Part shown: one piece after another, positions 47,421 through 59,669 of the stretch
How the letters are laid out: every line of letters begins with the position of its first letter
Position numbering within the stretch: the first letter of the stretch is position 1
Assembly: GCA_013265495.1 (NCBI GenBank)
Contig: MU063891.1
Location: forward strand, 3,184,960-3,248,959
DNA length: 64,000 nucleotides
Source: Vicugna vicugna
Taxonomy: Eukaryota
Direction: 5' to 3'
Notes under the pieces: model-generated
Told to the model about the DNA's origin: nothing
Databases searched by the model: none
Seen by the model: only the letters and a program-made list of their open reading frames with translations
Made by a program: the position numbers and the translations under genes

Positions 47421-48299
47421 GCCCCCCAGCATGGATGTTGGTGTTATAGCTACAGCCCTGGCTGGGTTTTGGCCATTAGGGGAGTGGGGGCACCCACTTG
47501 GTGGGGTACCCACCCTGCCCACTCAGGAATTCTGTGTCTGCTGAAGGCTGAGCCCTTAGCCCTACGTGTGGCTTTCAGAGAGAAAGCAAGGGACAGGGCT
47601 GTGTGGGGTAGGTCACCGCTTTGCCAGAGAAAGGGAAGGGGCCCTTTACACACGTGCTCTCCTCCAATGGCCCCCAGAACAGCGGAAACACTGTCTCTGG
47701 GACAGAGAATGTGTGAGAGGAGACACAGTCGGGGACTCACCCTTGACAGCCTGCCCACGTGTACATTTTAATTGTGGACCATGAAAAAGAATTGCAAAAA
47801 TGATTTAAAAAATTTTTTTTATTAAAAATAGCTCCAAACGTTAAAAAACAGGACCTACCAGGTAGGCAGGGTGAGGAGCCAGTGAACTAATGGATGGAAA
47901 CACCACTGGCCTGGCCCCCGCTCGCCGCGCTATTATTAGCTACCGGCCCGTGCTGGCCTCTGAGGTGGCTCCAGGCTCGGCAGCCTTGGCTGAGCAGAGA
48001 TGGGCCAGGTCCTTCCAACCGTGCCCCGGGGAACCCTCAGAGCCAGGACGGCCTGGCTTGGCCTGGTGTGGGTGATCCCCGGGGGACAGGCTGATGAGGG
48101 GGCCTCCTAATGGGCCGGCCCCACTCCCGCCGGAGGCTCCTGCGGCCCCTGGACAGGTGTGAGAGCCCCTAGGCCTCCCGCCTTCACACAGCCTTTTCCG
48201 GCCCTGCCAGCTCCTTTGCCAGGCCAGGCAGCCCTCGGGCCTTGGCAGCCCCGCGAAACCTCCAGCTGGGCGAATGATGGATGGGGCCGCGTCAGCACT

Positions 48300-48920
48300 G
48301 GCCTGAGGGTGGATTTTGTGTGTGTGTGACATTTATTTACTGTCCGTATAAACACTAACACCTATGAAGCATGCTCCCCATGTGATAGCTTGGCTGAAGG
48401 CAGCTCTTAAATACATAAATTATGCACACCTCGCTAATGAAGGACCTGACAGCCGGGAAGTTCTATTTACCGGGGGCCCCGAGTTTCCATATAAAACCCG
48501 GCACCAGCGAGCCAGGATTTGAGCGCAATCACAGTCCTGCCTGCTCTGACTCCGGCTCGTTTCTTTCTTCTTTAAAAAAAAATCTCTCCTCTGTCTTCTT
48601 TTTTATTTCCCCCTTTTAAAGGTTTGACATAAAACTGAAGTCGATGTGGAACTGCGCTGCCTGGAGCACACGTGGGGAGCCAGCCCATCTGGCGCGGGCC
48701 TCGCCGACGGGCGTGTGGGAGAACAATACGTGGTTTGACAAATTTCAAGGCAGGCTTATGAAAAAATAACAGTGGCGCGGCCGTCGCGGTGAATGCCCGT
48801 CCACCTGCGGGCGCGGGCAGGGGTGCCAGGCCCATGAGTCAGGGCGCCCGGTAGGGGATTAGGAGCCCGTGTAACTCACCGTCATCCTGCACGTGTTGGC
48901 ACAGCGGAGCTGTTGTTCCT
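48300..48920. promoter_or_regulatory. Candidate developmental enhancer / CpG-rich promoter
   Basis: Repeat-free; mixed AT-rich motif blocks and CpG-rich DNA; clustered FOX, TALE, homeodomain, SOX, E-box and AP-1 motifs; TATAAAA at 48490. Confidence 0.5.
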
Positions 48921-48955
48921 GAGACATGTCTCCACCGCTGGGGTGCCGCTGTCCT

Positions 48956-49476
48956 CGGGCCGGTGGGGTGGGGGTGGGGGTAGGGGGGGACACGTCCTCC
49001 CTCAGGAAGCCTTGTGATGCTCCGGGCAGGGTGGTCCTCANNNNNNNNNNNNNNNNNNNNNNNNNNNNNNNNNNNNNNNNNNNNNNNNNNNNNNNNNNNN
49101 NNNNNNNNNNNNNNNNNNNNNNNNNNNNNNNNNNNNNNNNNNNNNNNNNNNNNNNNNNNNNNNNNNNNNNNNNNNNNNNNNNNNNNNNNNNNNNNNNNNN
49201 NNNNNNNNNNNNNNNNNNNNNNNNNNNNNNNNNNNNNNNNNNNNNNNNNNNNNNNNNNNNNNNNNNNNNNNNNNNNNNNNNNNNNNNNNNNNNNNNNNNN
49301 NNNNNNNNNNNNNNNNNNNNNNNNNNNNNNNNNNNNNNNNNNNNNNNNNNNNNNNNNNNNNNNNNNNNNNNNNNNNNNNNNNNNNNNNNNNCGGGCAGGT
49401 GGGGTGGGGGTGGGGGAAGGGGGGGACACGTCCTCCCTCAGGAAGCCTTGTGATGCTCCGGGCAGGGTGGTCCTCA
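48956..49476. repeat. About 85-bp direct repeat (48956-49040 and 49392-49476) flanking a 351-N gap (49041-49391)
   Basis: The copies differ at 2 positions; each contains a G4-type G-run cluster. Confidence 0.95.
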
Positions 49477-49952
49477 AGGCCAATATCTCTGGAGACTCAG
49501 TCTTCTCATTTGAGAAACGGGTGCATGGGGTGGACCACTGGCCTTGGCTCAGCTCCAGCAGTGGAGCCCATTCTGGGTGCCCAGCCTTGTGAGGCTGGTG
49601 GGAGAGGCATGGGGGTCCGGCTTCCAGGCAGTCTTGCCCTGAAGACCCCAGCCGACCAGTTTGGGCGCATCCCAGGGCTGCCATATACTGTGTGGCCTCT
49701 GGGAGGTCTCACCCTTTCTGTGCCTTGCTTTCTCCACCTGAAAAGTGGAGGTAGTGACAGCACCTGACTCTGAGGAGTGCTGTGAGCAAGCGCTCCGCCC
49801 ACTGGGCCAGACCCAGAGTGGCTAGTATGTCTGCCAGGGGCTTCTGGATGCTTCCTGTGAGGCTGAGGCTCTGACAGGAAGGAGGCAGAGGGAGGCTGTG
49901 TCTTACAGTGTTGGCTGGCCTCTGTGGTGGCCTTGCAATGGCCTCCAAGGGT

Positions 49953-49974
49953 TGTGTGTGTGTGTGTGTGTGTG
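49953..49974. repeat. (TG)11 microsatellite
   Basis: Read directly from the sequence. Confidence 0.95.
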
Positions 49975-51054
49975 CGTGTGCATAGGGGATGCCCTGGGTG
50001 CTTGGCACCCTCTGACCCTGTCTTTATGGACATCAACCATCCTGAGGATGCTAGGAGAGGATGTGGATGGTCCCCGCAGCACTGGGATTCCCAGCCACCC
50101 AAGGGCAAGCTGGCTGCCCCACTCCCCTGACCTGGCTCACAACTTGTGGACACATCTTCTCTGGCACATTCCACCAGCCGTATCTGGGCTCCCAACCAGG
50201 GTGGGGACTGGTCTGATTCTGTCTGAGTCTCTCACCTTTGTATACAAAAAGTGCTCAGTAAGTGTCACAGGATGGGTAAGGGGCAGGAGGTACGATGTGA
50301 GCAGATGTGCGAGCGTGGGAGCTACGGGCACCCTCCCTTGCCTCCCGTGGCGGTCTCCCGTCCCATTGCTCCCCTACACCAATGCTGGGCATACAGGGAC
50401 TCTGTAGAGCTGGATAGGGGTTACCCTGCCCTAGACCCTCTCCAGAAATGGCACACCTAGTGGGTCCCACTTCCTCTCCACTCGGCCTCTTACTTCTGGG
50501 CAAGTTGCTTCATTTGCTGGAGACCCAGTCTCACCCTGTCAAGCGGGGGTAGGAAAGCCCTCATGAAGGCCTGCCGCACCCAGGGCAGGTCTGAGATACT
50601 GTGGGCCCACAGCATGTGGTTGTGGTCATAGCATTCAGGATGTTGGCCTCATCAGCAATGTCACAGAGGGCTTCCTGGAGGAAGGGATGTGCTAGTCACA
50701 GACCGGAGGACTTCACTAGGAGGGGCATCCTAGCGGGAGGGGCGACGCAAGCAAAGCCTCAGAGTCTGGATGGCCTTGAGTGGTGGCAGCGTGAAGGCTG
50801 TGGACAGGGACATGGTGGGTTGTCAGCTGTACACTCGCCTGCAGGAGAGTTTGCAGACCACTCTGAGGATCAGGCTTGGGCGGGGATGTAAATTGACAAG
50901 GTCACAGCATGAGACAAGAAGCCAGCCCTCCCAGCCCTGTTCTGAGCAGCCCGGGCTGCTGGGACACTGACTCAGGGGCCCACAGAGCGGGGCCACGTGC
51001 CGCTAGCTTTATTAAATTCATATTTCCACCTCCGTCCGGCACAAATATCTGTAT

Positions 51055-51211
51055 NNNNNNNNNNNNNNNNNNNNNNNNNNNNNNNNNNNNNNNNNNNNNN
51101 NNNNNNNNNNNNNNNNNNNNNNNNNNNNNNNNNNNNNNNNNNNNNNNNNNNNNNNNNNNNNNNNNNNNNNNNNNNNNNNNNNNNNNNNNNNNNNNNNNNN
51201 NNNNNNNNNNN
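51055..51211. other. Assembly gap
   Basis: 157 N. Confidence 1.
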
Positions 51212-52139
51212 CCTCCGGCGGGCGGCATCCATGGCGCCGGGCTCTGCCGTGGCTTTCCCTGACTCCTCCAATTAGGCCAGGAGGATTGGACACTGGGGGT
51301 CCCCACCCCATCCAGATTCTAGCGGTGCCCATCACACCCCACGGTAGCCAGAGGTGGGAGCGTGGCTGGCGGGGGCGGGACGGGGTGAGGGGCCAGCACG
51401 GCAGCTCCCGGCTTCCACTCTGGTCGAGTGACTCCCAAAAGCTCCTTTCCTTTGGGAGTCCTGGTGTGGACCTTGGGCATCAGAACCTGGACCCCAGCTG
51501 ACTGTATCCAGTGCTGGCCCCATCATGGACACGCTCAGTGCCTCAGTTTGCTCATCTGCGAAATGGGACACTAAGCGTCCCTCTTGCCTGGCTTGGACTG
51601 AGTTAATAATACACGTGAAGGAGGAGGGTGGTCACGGGCCGTGACTTCTGTTGTTAATGTTTGGGGCCCCTCAGTGACCGGCAGGATCCTCAGGCACAGG
51701 GCTGGCCCACAGCAAGTGCTCCGTGGGGGTTGTTCCTGTTCCCTGCCCAGCAGTGTTCCTTTGACTAGTCTTCCTGCCGAGTAAGATGCTCTGGTCTTGG
51801 GTTCCCTAGGGGAAGGGCTTGTGCATGCCCCCCGGGGAGTCCTGCACCGCCTGCTGGGGCCTGAGCCCTGGGGCCCTCTGGAGTCCTAGAAGGTGAGGGG
51901 CAACCACGGGCCATGTGGCCACCCTGTCCTGCTCCAGCCAGGTGGCCATGCTGGCCCATTTGTTTCCATTGGGCATCTCTGTGCAGTGACTCAAAGTTGT
52001 GTGTGGGCCATGACAGCCCAGGGAGCTTGGCTGCCAGCTGTAGCAGGGTGGGGATGACCTGGAAGGTGAGAGGAGGCCCAAACATTGAGTCTGGAAAGAG
52101 ACAGTAAATGGCTCAGCCCCAGGAGGCTGATGGTAGTAA

Positions 52140-52345
52140 TGTCAGCAACAGCTACCTGGGCAAAGGTTTTGTGAGCTCTCGTGGTCTGCCAGGCACCATG
52201 TTATCAGATCATCTCACCAGCTCTCGTTAGCCTATTGTACAGATGGGGAAACTGAGGCACAGAACCAGCAAGCAGCTTGCTGGAGGTCGTGCAACTGGTG
52301 AGTGGGGAAGCTGGGATTCCAGAAGCCGGACTTGGACTTAGGACG
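52140..52345 (-). mobile_element. MIR SINE
   Basis: tgccaggcacca..cctattgtacagatggggaaactgaggcacaga..aggtcgtgcaactggtgagtggggaagctgggatt. Confidence 0.65.
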
Positions 52346-52867
52346 AGGGTGGCTGGCTCTGCTCCTGTCAGCTGCACAAAGTCCTCGGCCGGGGACGGCT
52401 CAGGAGGAGGATCTCAGAGCTCTGCTTCCTGTTGGGATGTCAGGGAAGAGAAGCCTTTGGCCACATGCCTGCCTCTTGATAACGGGAAGGCAGGCATTAG
52501 AGCCATGGTCCAAGAGGATCATCTCCAAGGGAACTAGGGATCTGGAAAGGAACCTGGGAGTTATTTTCAGAACAAGGTGTCGTGGATTCTGGCTGGCCCA
52601 AGCTCCCCCAGGATCACTAAAAGGGCAAAATAATACCTTGGAAAGTCAGCAGACCTATCCAAGCCACTTACTTTGCAAATGTGGGAAACCGAGGTCCAGA
52701 GCAGGGATGGAAGTTGAACGAAACTTCCAGAACTTGTGCCTTCACCTCCCACTCACCTCTGCCCTTTCCGAAAGTTTCTCTTTAAGGCACCAAGGGCAGT
52801 AGCTATTTCTTAGCTTGCATTACCCTTCCCCATCTCTCTGGTCAAAACCCCAAAGATGAGTAGGGAC

Positions 52868-53330
52868 TTGCATCAGTTAGACATTGCTGTGTAACAAATC
52901 ACCCCAAGACCCAGCAACAATAATTTAATTGCTCCAGATTCTGCAGTTTGGGTGGAACTGGGCAGTTCATCTCTGCTCCATGTGGCATTGGCTGGTGAAT
53001 CCAGCCATTCTAAGGTGGTCCCACTCAGCCTGGTGCCTGGCTTGGGAGAGTGTGGGCTGCCTGCCCATCTCTCCATGCTCTCTCCTCTCCAGGGCCCCTC
53101 TCTCCATACAGCTTTGTTTTGCCAGGACCCTGAAAGTCTTCTGGTCCTAGTGGTCTGGGAGGCCAGAGCACTCTGAAAGGGGCTGCTCCAGGAGGAGGGC
53201 ATGGGAACTACGAGGCCCTGCAGGGATGGAGTCCCTCCCACCCCTGTGCATTGGTCAAAGCAAGTCACAAGGCTGGTCCAGATGCGAGGGGAGGGGAGAT
53301 GACATCACCTTCCAGGGAGGAGCGGTTGTG
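52868..53330 (-). mobile_element. Older MLT1 (H/I-like) LTR
   Basis: tgcatcagttagacattgctgtgtaacaaatcaccccaa..cagattctgcagtttggg..cattggtcaaagcaagtcacaaggc..ccagatgcgagggga. Confidence 0.7.
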
Positions 53331-53529
53331 GGGACAGAGCGGAGGAATCCTTGGCTTGTCCCTGCAGACCGTCTGTAAGGCGCTGAGGCCACACCAGCAA
53401 CTGTCCCGATGCTGACAGAATTGGGGAAAGCCTTGGAAGGAGGGCAAGGACAAGGTCAGGTGTGGGTTTGACACAGGGTCTTTGGGGGCCAGTGTTGGGG
53501 TGGGCTACAGTGAGAAGTAGAGGGGCTGC

Positions 53530-53876
53530 CAAGAGCTGATTCCTGCCCCCCAAGCCCACATGTTGAAGCCCATCCCCCGGCGTGACTGTCTTAGAGATGA
53601 GGCCTGTGAGGAGGTGACTCAGGCTCAAGGAGGTCATAAGGGTGGACCCTGATCCCATAGGATTAGTGTCTTTATAGGAAAAGGAAGAGACACCAGAGCG
53701 CTCCCTCTCCGTCATGTGCAGATGCAGCAGGAAGACGGCTGTCTCCAAGCAAGGAAGAGAGTCCAGAATCTTGAACTTGGACTTCCAGCCTCCAGAACTG
53801 TGAGGAAGAAATGTCTGTCATTTCAGCCCCCAGCCCGTGGCATTCTGTTGTGGCGGCCCAAGTGGACAGAGACAGC
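53530..53876 (+). mobile_element. MLT1A-like solo LTR
   Basis: acatgttgaagccc..gaggtcataagggtggaccctgatcccataggattagtgtcttta..ttggacttccagcctccagaactgtgagg. Confidence 0.8.
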
Positions 53877-54227
53877 AACCAAGAAGGTGGGTCTTGTGTG
53901 GGGCTCTTTCCTCAGCCGGCATCGTCCCTGACACCACTGTGTGGGGCATGGTCATTGGTCTGTGGCTCCCACAGTGATTGGGGATCCCACCCTTCTCTTA
54001 TTTGGTCCCCAGGTTTCTGCCCCAGGCTGAAGAAAGTGGGGTCAGGCCATGTGACTAGCCGAGGCACGTGACCAGTAGAAGCCACTGACCAGCATGCGCT
54101 GAGGTCACCAGCCTCCATTCAGGTCATCAGCACTGGTGTGTCTGTTTTTCAGTGAATACCACCCAAGGTCACCCTCAGAACAGTCACATCTGCAGCACAG
54201 ACACTGCTGTGGTCCCCATTTTACACC

Positions 54228-54647
54228 TGGGGGCTGATGTGACAAAGGGCCACAAACTTAAGAGCCTTAAACAACAGACAATTATCCTCTCCCGGTTCCA
54301 GAGGCTGGATGTCTGCGACCAAGGTGTCACAGGGCTGCACCCCCTCTGATGGCCCCAGTGGAGGGTCCTTTGTGCCTCTTGTGGCTTCTGGGGGCTCCAG
54401 GTGTCCCTGGGCTTGTGGCCACATCAGTCCTAGTTCTGCCTCCACAGTCATGTGGCCTCTGTCTTCGTGTGCCTCTGTGTCCTCATCTCTTCTTCTTACG
54501 AGGCTGCTAGTCATTGGACCTGGGGCCCACCCTCCTCCAGTACAACCATGTCTTAACTAATCACATTCGCAGAAACCCTACTTCCAAGTAAGATAACGTT
54601 CCTGGTCTCCAGGCGGACATGCCTTTTGGAGATGTTACTCCATCTAC
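54228..54647 (-). mobile_element. MLT1C/D-like solo LTR
   Basis: cttaaacaacagacaattatcctctcccggttccagaggctgg..gtcattggacctggggcccaccct..cttaactaatcacattcgcagaaacccta. Confidence 0.8.
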
Positions 54648-55083
54648 TCTGGAGACCAGCCCAGAAGAGGCTCTCTCCAGCCACACGGACCAGGCAGCAG
54701 ATCTGAGATTCCCGCTGGGCCTCTGGGTGCCCCACCTGCTCCGCCCCCATGGGAAACTTCCCTCTTCCCCTCTTGGGGTGACTGAAAACCAAACAGCTGA
54801 TCACTCTGGGTGCATTTGGCCTCTGGGCTGTCAGTACTGTGCTGTAGAATGAATACAATGGCATTCGAGGGGTGTTGCAGGAGTGGAGGGGGCTTCCCCG
54901 GCCCCCACAACTGGTGAGGGCCCTGCCGTCCATGCCCGTCCACGGGCTGCACTGAGGCAGCTCCAGGGGGATGTACATGCACTGAGGGGGCAGCCACCTC
55001 CCTGGAACTTGGTGGCAGAGTGAGTGGGGTTGTGGGGACACTGGGCTCTCAAGTCACCATTGAGCTCACAGCACCAGATTGTT

Positions 55084-55390
55084 CTTTTTCTTTTTTAATT
55101 GACAAATAAAACTTGTATATATTTAAGGCATACAATGTGATGTTTTGATATACATACGCTCTGTGAAATCATTACCATGGTTAACCTAATTACCATCGCC
55201 TCACATAGTTACTTCTTTTTTTGTCTGTTTGTGTGTGTGTGCGTGTGCACGTGTATGTGGTGAGAACACTTAAGATCTATATTCTTGGCAAATTTCAAAT
55301 ACACAATGCAGCACTGTTAACTGTAGGCACTATGCCATGTGCTAGAGCCTCAGAACTTGCTCATTTTGTAGCAGAATCTTTGTGCCCCTC
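55084..55390 (-). mobile_element. L1MA-type LINE-1 3' end
   Basis: ttttaattgacaaataaaacttgtatatatttaaggcatacaatgtgatgttttgatatacata..gtgagaacacttaagatcta..aatttcaaatacacaat. Confidence 0.85.
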
Positions 55391-55419
55391 AGCCTTTTCT
55401 CTTCTCTTAGCTTATTTTG

Positions 55420-56320
55420 TTGGGAACAGCATTCAAGTACATGAGTAAAACTTGTAGACATTCTGTATGTAAAAATATTAAAAATTTACAAGCGAAAATT
55501 CACTTGTCCCCACGGATAGCCCAGCCACCCCACTTCTGATTCCCTGTCTCTCTTCCACAGGTATCCACCTTCGCCTGTTTGGAGCACATCCTTCAGGCAT
55601 TAAAACATACCTTTATTTACGTGCATGTGTGTGTGTAGAAAACATATAGTATTAATTTTTTTGTTGAAATTGCAAATAGGCAGTGAATGTCCATGTACCC
55701 ATTGCCCAGCTCCACCAGCCTCCTCTCATGGCCTCCATATCCCCTCCCTCAAGGAATCATTCCAAGCAAACCCCAGGCACCACCTCTCTCATTTACAAGC
55801 ATCTCGGTATCTTCCAGTCTCCCAGAGGTGGGGCTCCTTTTCCCTTCAACAACACCATTCCATCAGCACACTTAACAAAATTAGCAGTCATTCCTTAATA
55901 TCGTCTAATGCCCCATCTGTCTTCAAATTTCCCCTGATTGTTCCAAAAATGTCTTCTTGCGATTAGTTTGTTTGACTCGGGATTTGCTGGGCTGTCAAAG
56001 GGCCTCCCGGGGATCATGTTTCTACACTTCACCGTGCAGGTTGCTTCCTCCACTCCCCATCGCGCCTCAGAGACTCATCCTGTCCGAACCTGCAGAAAAC
56101 CTCAGAGGGCTTCCTAATTTATTTAGTCACACCTCTATTGATGAAGACACATTTCGGCTGGTCTGGGGTTTTGCTACAAAAACAAGGCTGCAATTAACAT
56201 TCTTGTCCTGCTCTTTCTGTGCCCTCTGAGTGTTTTTCTGGGGACAAAGGCTGGCTCTTGGGCAAACCGCTTCCGCTCCCTGAGCCTCGGTTTCCCTTTA
56301 GAGTGGAAATTGCCTAGATG
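55420..56320 (-). mobile_element. Fragmented older L1M (MC/ME-like) 3' sequences
   Basis: cacttaacaaaattagcagtcattccttaatatcgtctaat..ttcaaatttcccc; ttttgctacaaaaacaaggctgcaattaacattcttgt. Confidence 0.6.
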
Positions 56321-56499
56321 CTGTCGGCGTTGGTATCCAGGATGGCTCCCCGAAATCACCCACCAGGAGCCCTCATTTTTCCCTGAGAAGGGAGAGGAGG
56401 TGCTTTGCCCCATCTTGGAGGCACCGTTACAGTGTGTCCCAGACGGAGGGTCTCAGTGGCGAGGATCTGAGTTTCTGATGAGGCTCCTTTCTGTTGTCT

Positions 56500-56917
56500 G
56501 GGCTGTTGGCTGTCCCAGACTCTCCCAGCTGACCCACGGGGGCTCACACAGAAATGTGTCTTCTCCCAGTTTCGGAGGCTGGAGGTCTGAAATAAAGCTA
56601 ACAGTAGGGCCACGATCCCTCTGGAGACTCTTGGGAGGATCTTTCTTGCCTCCTCCAGTTTCTGCTGGCCCCAGGCCTCCCTTCGGCTGTGGCCTCATCA
56701 CTCCAGCCTCTGCCTCTGTCGTCACGTGGCCTTTCCCTGTGTGTCTGTGTCTGTGTCCTCACCAGTCGTTGGATTTCAGTCCCAACAGAATAATCCAGGG
56801 TGATCACATCGCAAGATCCTCAACTCATTAACCTGCAAAGATCCTCCTTGCGCATAAAGCCACACTCAGAAATACCGGGCAGATGTGACATTTGGAGGGA
56901 CACCATTATACCTCTAG
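56500..56917 (-). mobile_element. MLT1C/D-like solo LTR
   Basis: acagaaatgtgtcttctcccagtttcggaggctggaggtctgaaat..atcactccagcctctgcctctgtcgtcacgtgg..ataatccagggtgatc. Confidence 0.8.
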
Positions 56918-57049
56918 GTGGTGTGTACCCTGGAGTCACAGTGAACTTGGACCTCACCTGCTGGGGAATCTGGGAGCTGCTTGGGAGGCTGCGGCAGCCT
57001 CGGGAAGGACGCATGCTCCTCCCAGGCAGGAGCCGTTTAAGTCCTGCTG

Positions 57050-57480
57050 GTGTTTGTTTTCTAAGCTGCCCAAGGGGTCGCCACACAGTGGTCACAACCA
57101 CACACACTGCTGATCGCCTAGTCTCCACGGTCAGGGGTCCAGGGGTGGTCTAGCTGGCTCGTCTGCTCAGGGTCTCCAGGCTGATGTCCGTGCATCACCC
57201 AGGGCTGGGGGCTCGGGTCCTCGCCAAGCTCCCCGTGGTTGGCAGAACTCAGGTCCACGCAGCTATGGGTTGAGGCTGTCCGCCGGAAATGGCTCTCACT
57301 CCGAGGCCACCAAGGTAGCCACATGGGCCCCCCAAAAAGGTGATCCAGGCCTTCAGGAGGGCACCTCTCTGATGCGTCACCTTGTTTTAAGGCTCTCCTC
57401 CCGATTAGGTCAGGCCCACCCCGAAACAGTCCGATCAGTAACGTGTTCGTGGGTCTTGTCACAGTCACAGGATGGGACCC
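57050..57480 (-). mobile_element. MLT1E/F-like LTR
   Basis: gtctagctggctcgtctgctcagggtctcc..gtggttggcagaactcag..ttttaaggctctcc..gattaggtcaggcccacc. Confidence 0.65.
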
Positions 57481-59606
57481 TGGATGTGGGCCAGCTCAGC
57501 ATCCTGCGAACCACACTGCCCAAGAGGAGGCAGTGTGAAGCTTCAGCAGCTGGGGGACAGTCATGAATGTGGGAGCCGGGGCGGGGGAGGTGGCCAAAGA
57601 GGTGATGGTGCCTGTCCCAAAGAAGTCACAGAAAGGGGCCAGCAAAGGTGTCTTCTCAAATGCCCACAGATGTACCTCGAGAGACAACGTCACTCACTGG
57701 CCAGGCTCAGGGAGAGTGACCCATCTGCAAAAGAACCCGCTGCCCTCCTCCCCCAGCCCTCCCACAGCCAGGCTCGGACTGGGCAGCTGGTGAGCAGGAA
57801 GGAAACCCACCTGGGCTCCTGCAGGGAGATGGTGCCGTACGGATCAGGGTCAGAAGTTTCATTGTCCTGCAGGATGGAACACTCTAATCTCTGAAATAGC
57901 TCCATTCCTAAAAGACAGACCGGGAGTCACTGGACACAACCAGATGTGGTGAGAAAAACGCCATGTGTTCACCAAACCCCGTTTTGTTTCTCCCATCACA
58001 TGAGTGAAGAGCCTTTCTCTGGCTCCAGTGAAGTCCCAGGGCTGGGTGACTGGTTTGAGCCACTCTACAAGCGGGACAGGGGACATGTGTGCCTTTCCTG
58101 GCTTGGCCCCCAAATCTCCTCCACCCTCTGTCTTTTATCCTCTCTTGGCCCTTGCAGAAGATGCAGTCAAGGATGCTGAGGCCCTGGAGATGGCAGAGTT
58201 ACCATGAGGAAGGAGGCTGCATCCCCATTCATCCTATGAATGAGGGAAGGAAATCTCAGGGGAGACATGAGGTGGGTCCCAGAAGCCGCAGAGGGTCGCA
58301 GGGCTGGTAGGAAGGACATCACGAGGTCAGGGCACACAACCTCCAGGGTGGCTCCCACCTCTTCTACTACCCTGTGTGGGGAATTGCAGGAAGGAGCTGA
58401 CCGAGAGTGACCATAGAAGGTTAGGAAAACTGCCTGGGATTTCCTGGGCTGGTTGGAGACCAGTGGGAGGACATCAAAGTTGCTTCAGAGATAGGGAAAC
58501 TGAGGCTCAGAGAGGCCCGTGGAAGCCCCTGCTCTGAGCTCACAGGAGGGCGGGCCCCCACACAGCTGGAGCCCTGGGGAGCTGATGAAAACAGGGCTGC
58601 TTCACCATGGAGCGTGTCCACACCCAGTTCTCCTGTCATTTCATGGAGTCGATGGCGTCTGGGACACAGACGCCCCCACCGTTTTGTTTTCATGCACCGA
58701 TTTGTAACCATGAGGCAGGGAACACACTTCCCTTAAACAAGGCTCTGGAAACTTCCAGGACTTTCAAATTCTTGACCTCATGGAACACATGCCATCTGCA
58801 GGACAGAATTATGCCGAAGGCCACAGTGGAGGGGAGTCCTGAGTTTCCACACTGTCTCCCGTAGCCCCCGGCCCACCTGGCGCAGGGAGGCAGACTTTCT
58901 CCAGGACAGCCCCTCACCTGCCTCCGCCCCCCACATTCTTTTTCGGTGACATCACCCGGCGCAGGCAGGTGGCAACCCAAAGCCCTGGTGGCAGGCGGAC
59001 AAAGGGCAGGGATTAGGCCTGAATGACAGGCCCGACAGCGCCCTGGGTGAATCCTTGCTGGGGCTGCCTCTGCCCCGAGCGAGTGGGAAGGGCCTGGCCC
59101 CGAGCTGCAGTAATAGCTGGATGTCTGTCATCACTCCCTCCCAGGGTGGCCCCAGGCCTCATGGAACACTCACATCATCCCCCGCCTGGCAGCCCTGCTG
59201 CTCCAACTGTCCTACCACCTGTGCCAAAGCCACCCAGCCGGAGACGGGCAAGGCCAGGGTGGGAGCCCGGGGCTGTAACCCCAAGTGCACACCTCTCTGG
59301 CACCAACCTGCCGTCCCTAATTTCTTCTGGACTTCCCCTAAGGCAGACAGCGCCAGTTCCCACTTTGCAGATGAGCAAACGGAATCAGCCCGGTTGCTAG
59401 GGGCCCAGGATGCCTGTTGAATGGAGACTGGAAATGGGGGCATCGTTGTGAGGTGCTGGGGGAGGGGGTTGGCGCATGCCATCGGGTGGCGCCCTGAGTG
59501 TGTCCAGCCACCCCGAGGGGCCTGGGGCAAAGGCGAGAAGCCCAAGTGGCCCTTTCAGCATCTGAGTCTTGCCTGCGATGGGGAGAGAAGCGTCCAAGCT
59601 CTGGTG

Positions 59607-59669
59607 GGCTGGAAGGGCTGGAGGGGCTGGAGGGGCTGGAGGAGCTGGAGGGGCTGGAGGAGCTGGAGG
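59607..59669. repeat. 9-bp minisatellite, [g/a]gctgga[g/a]g x7
   Basis: Seven contiguous units counted directly. Confidence 0.95.
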
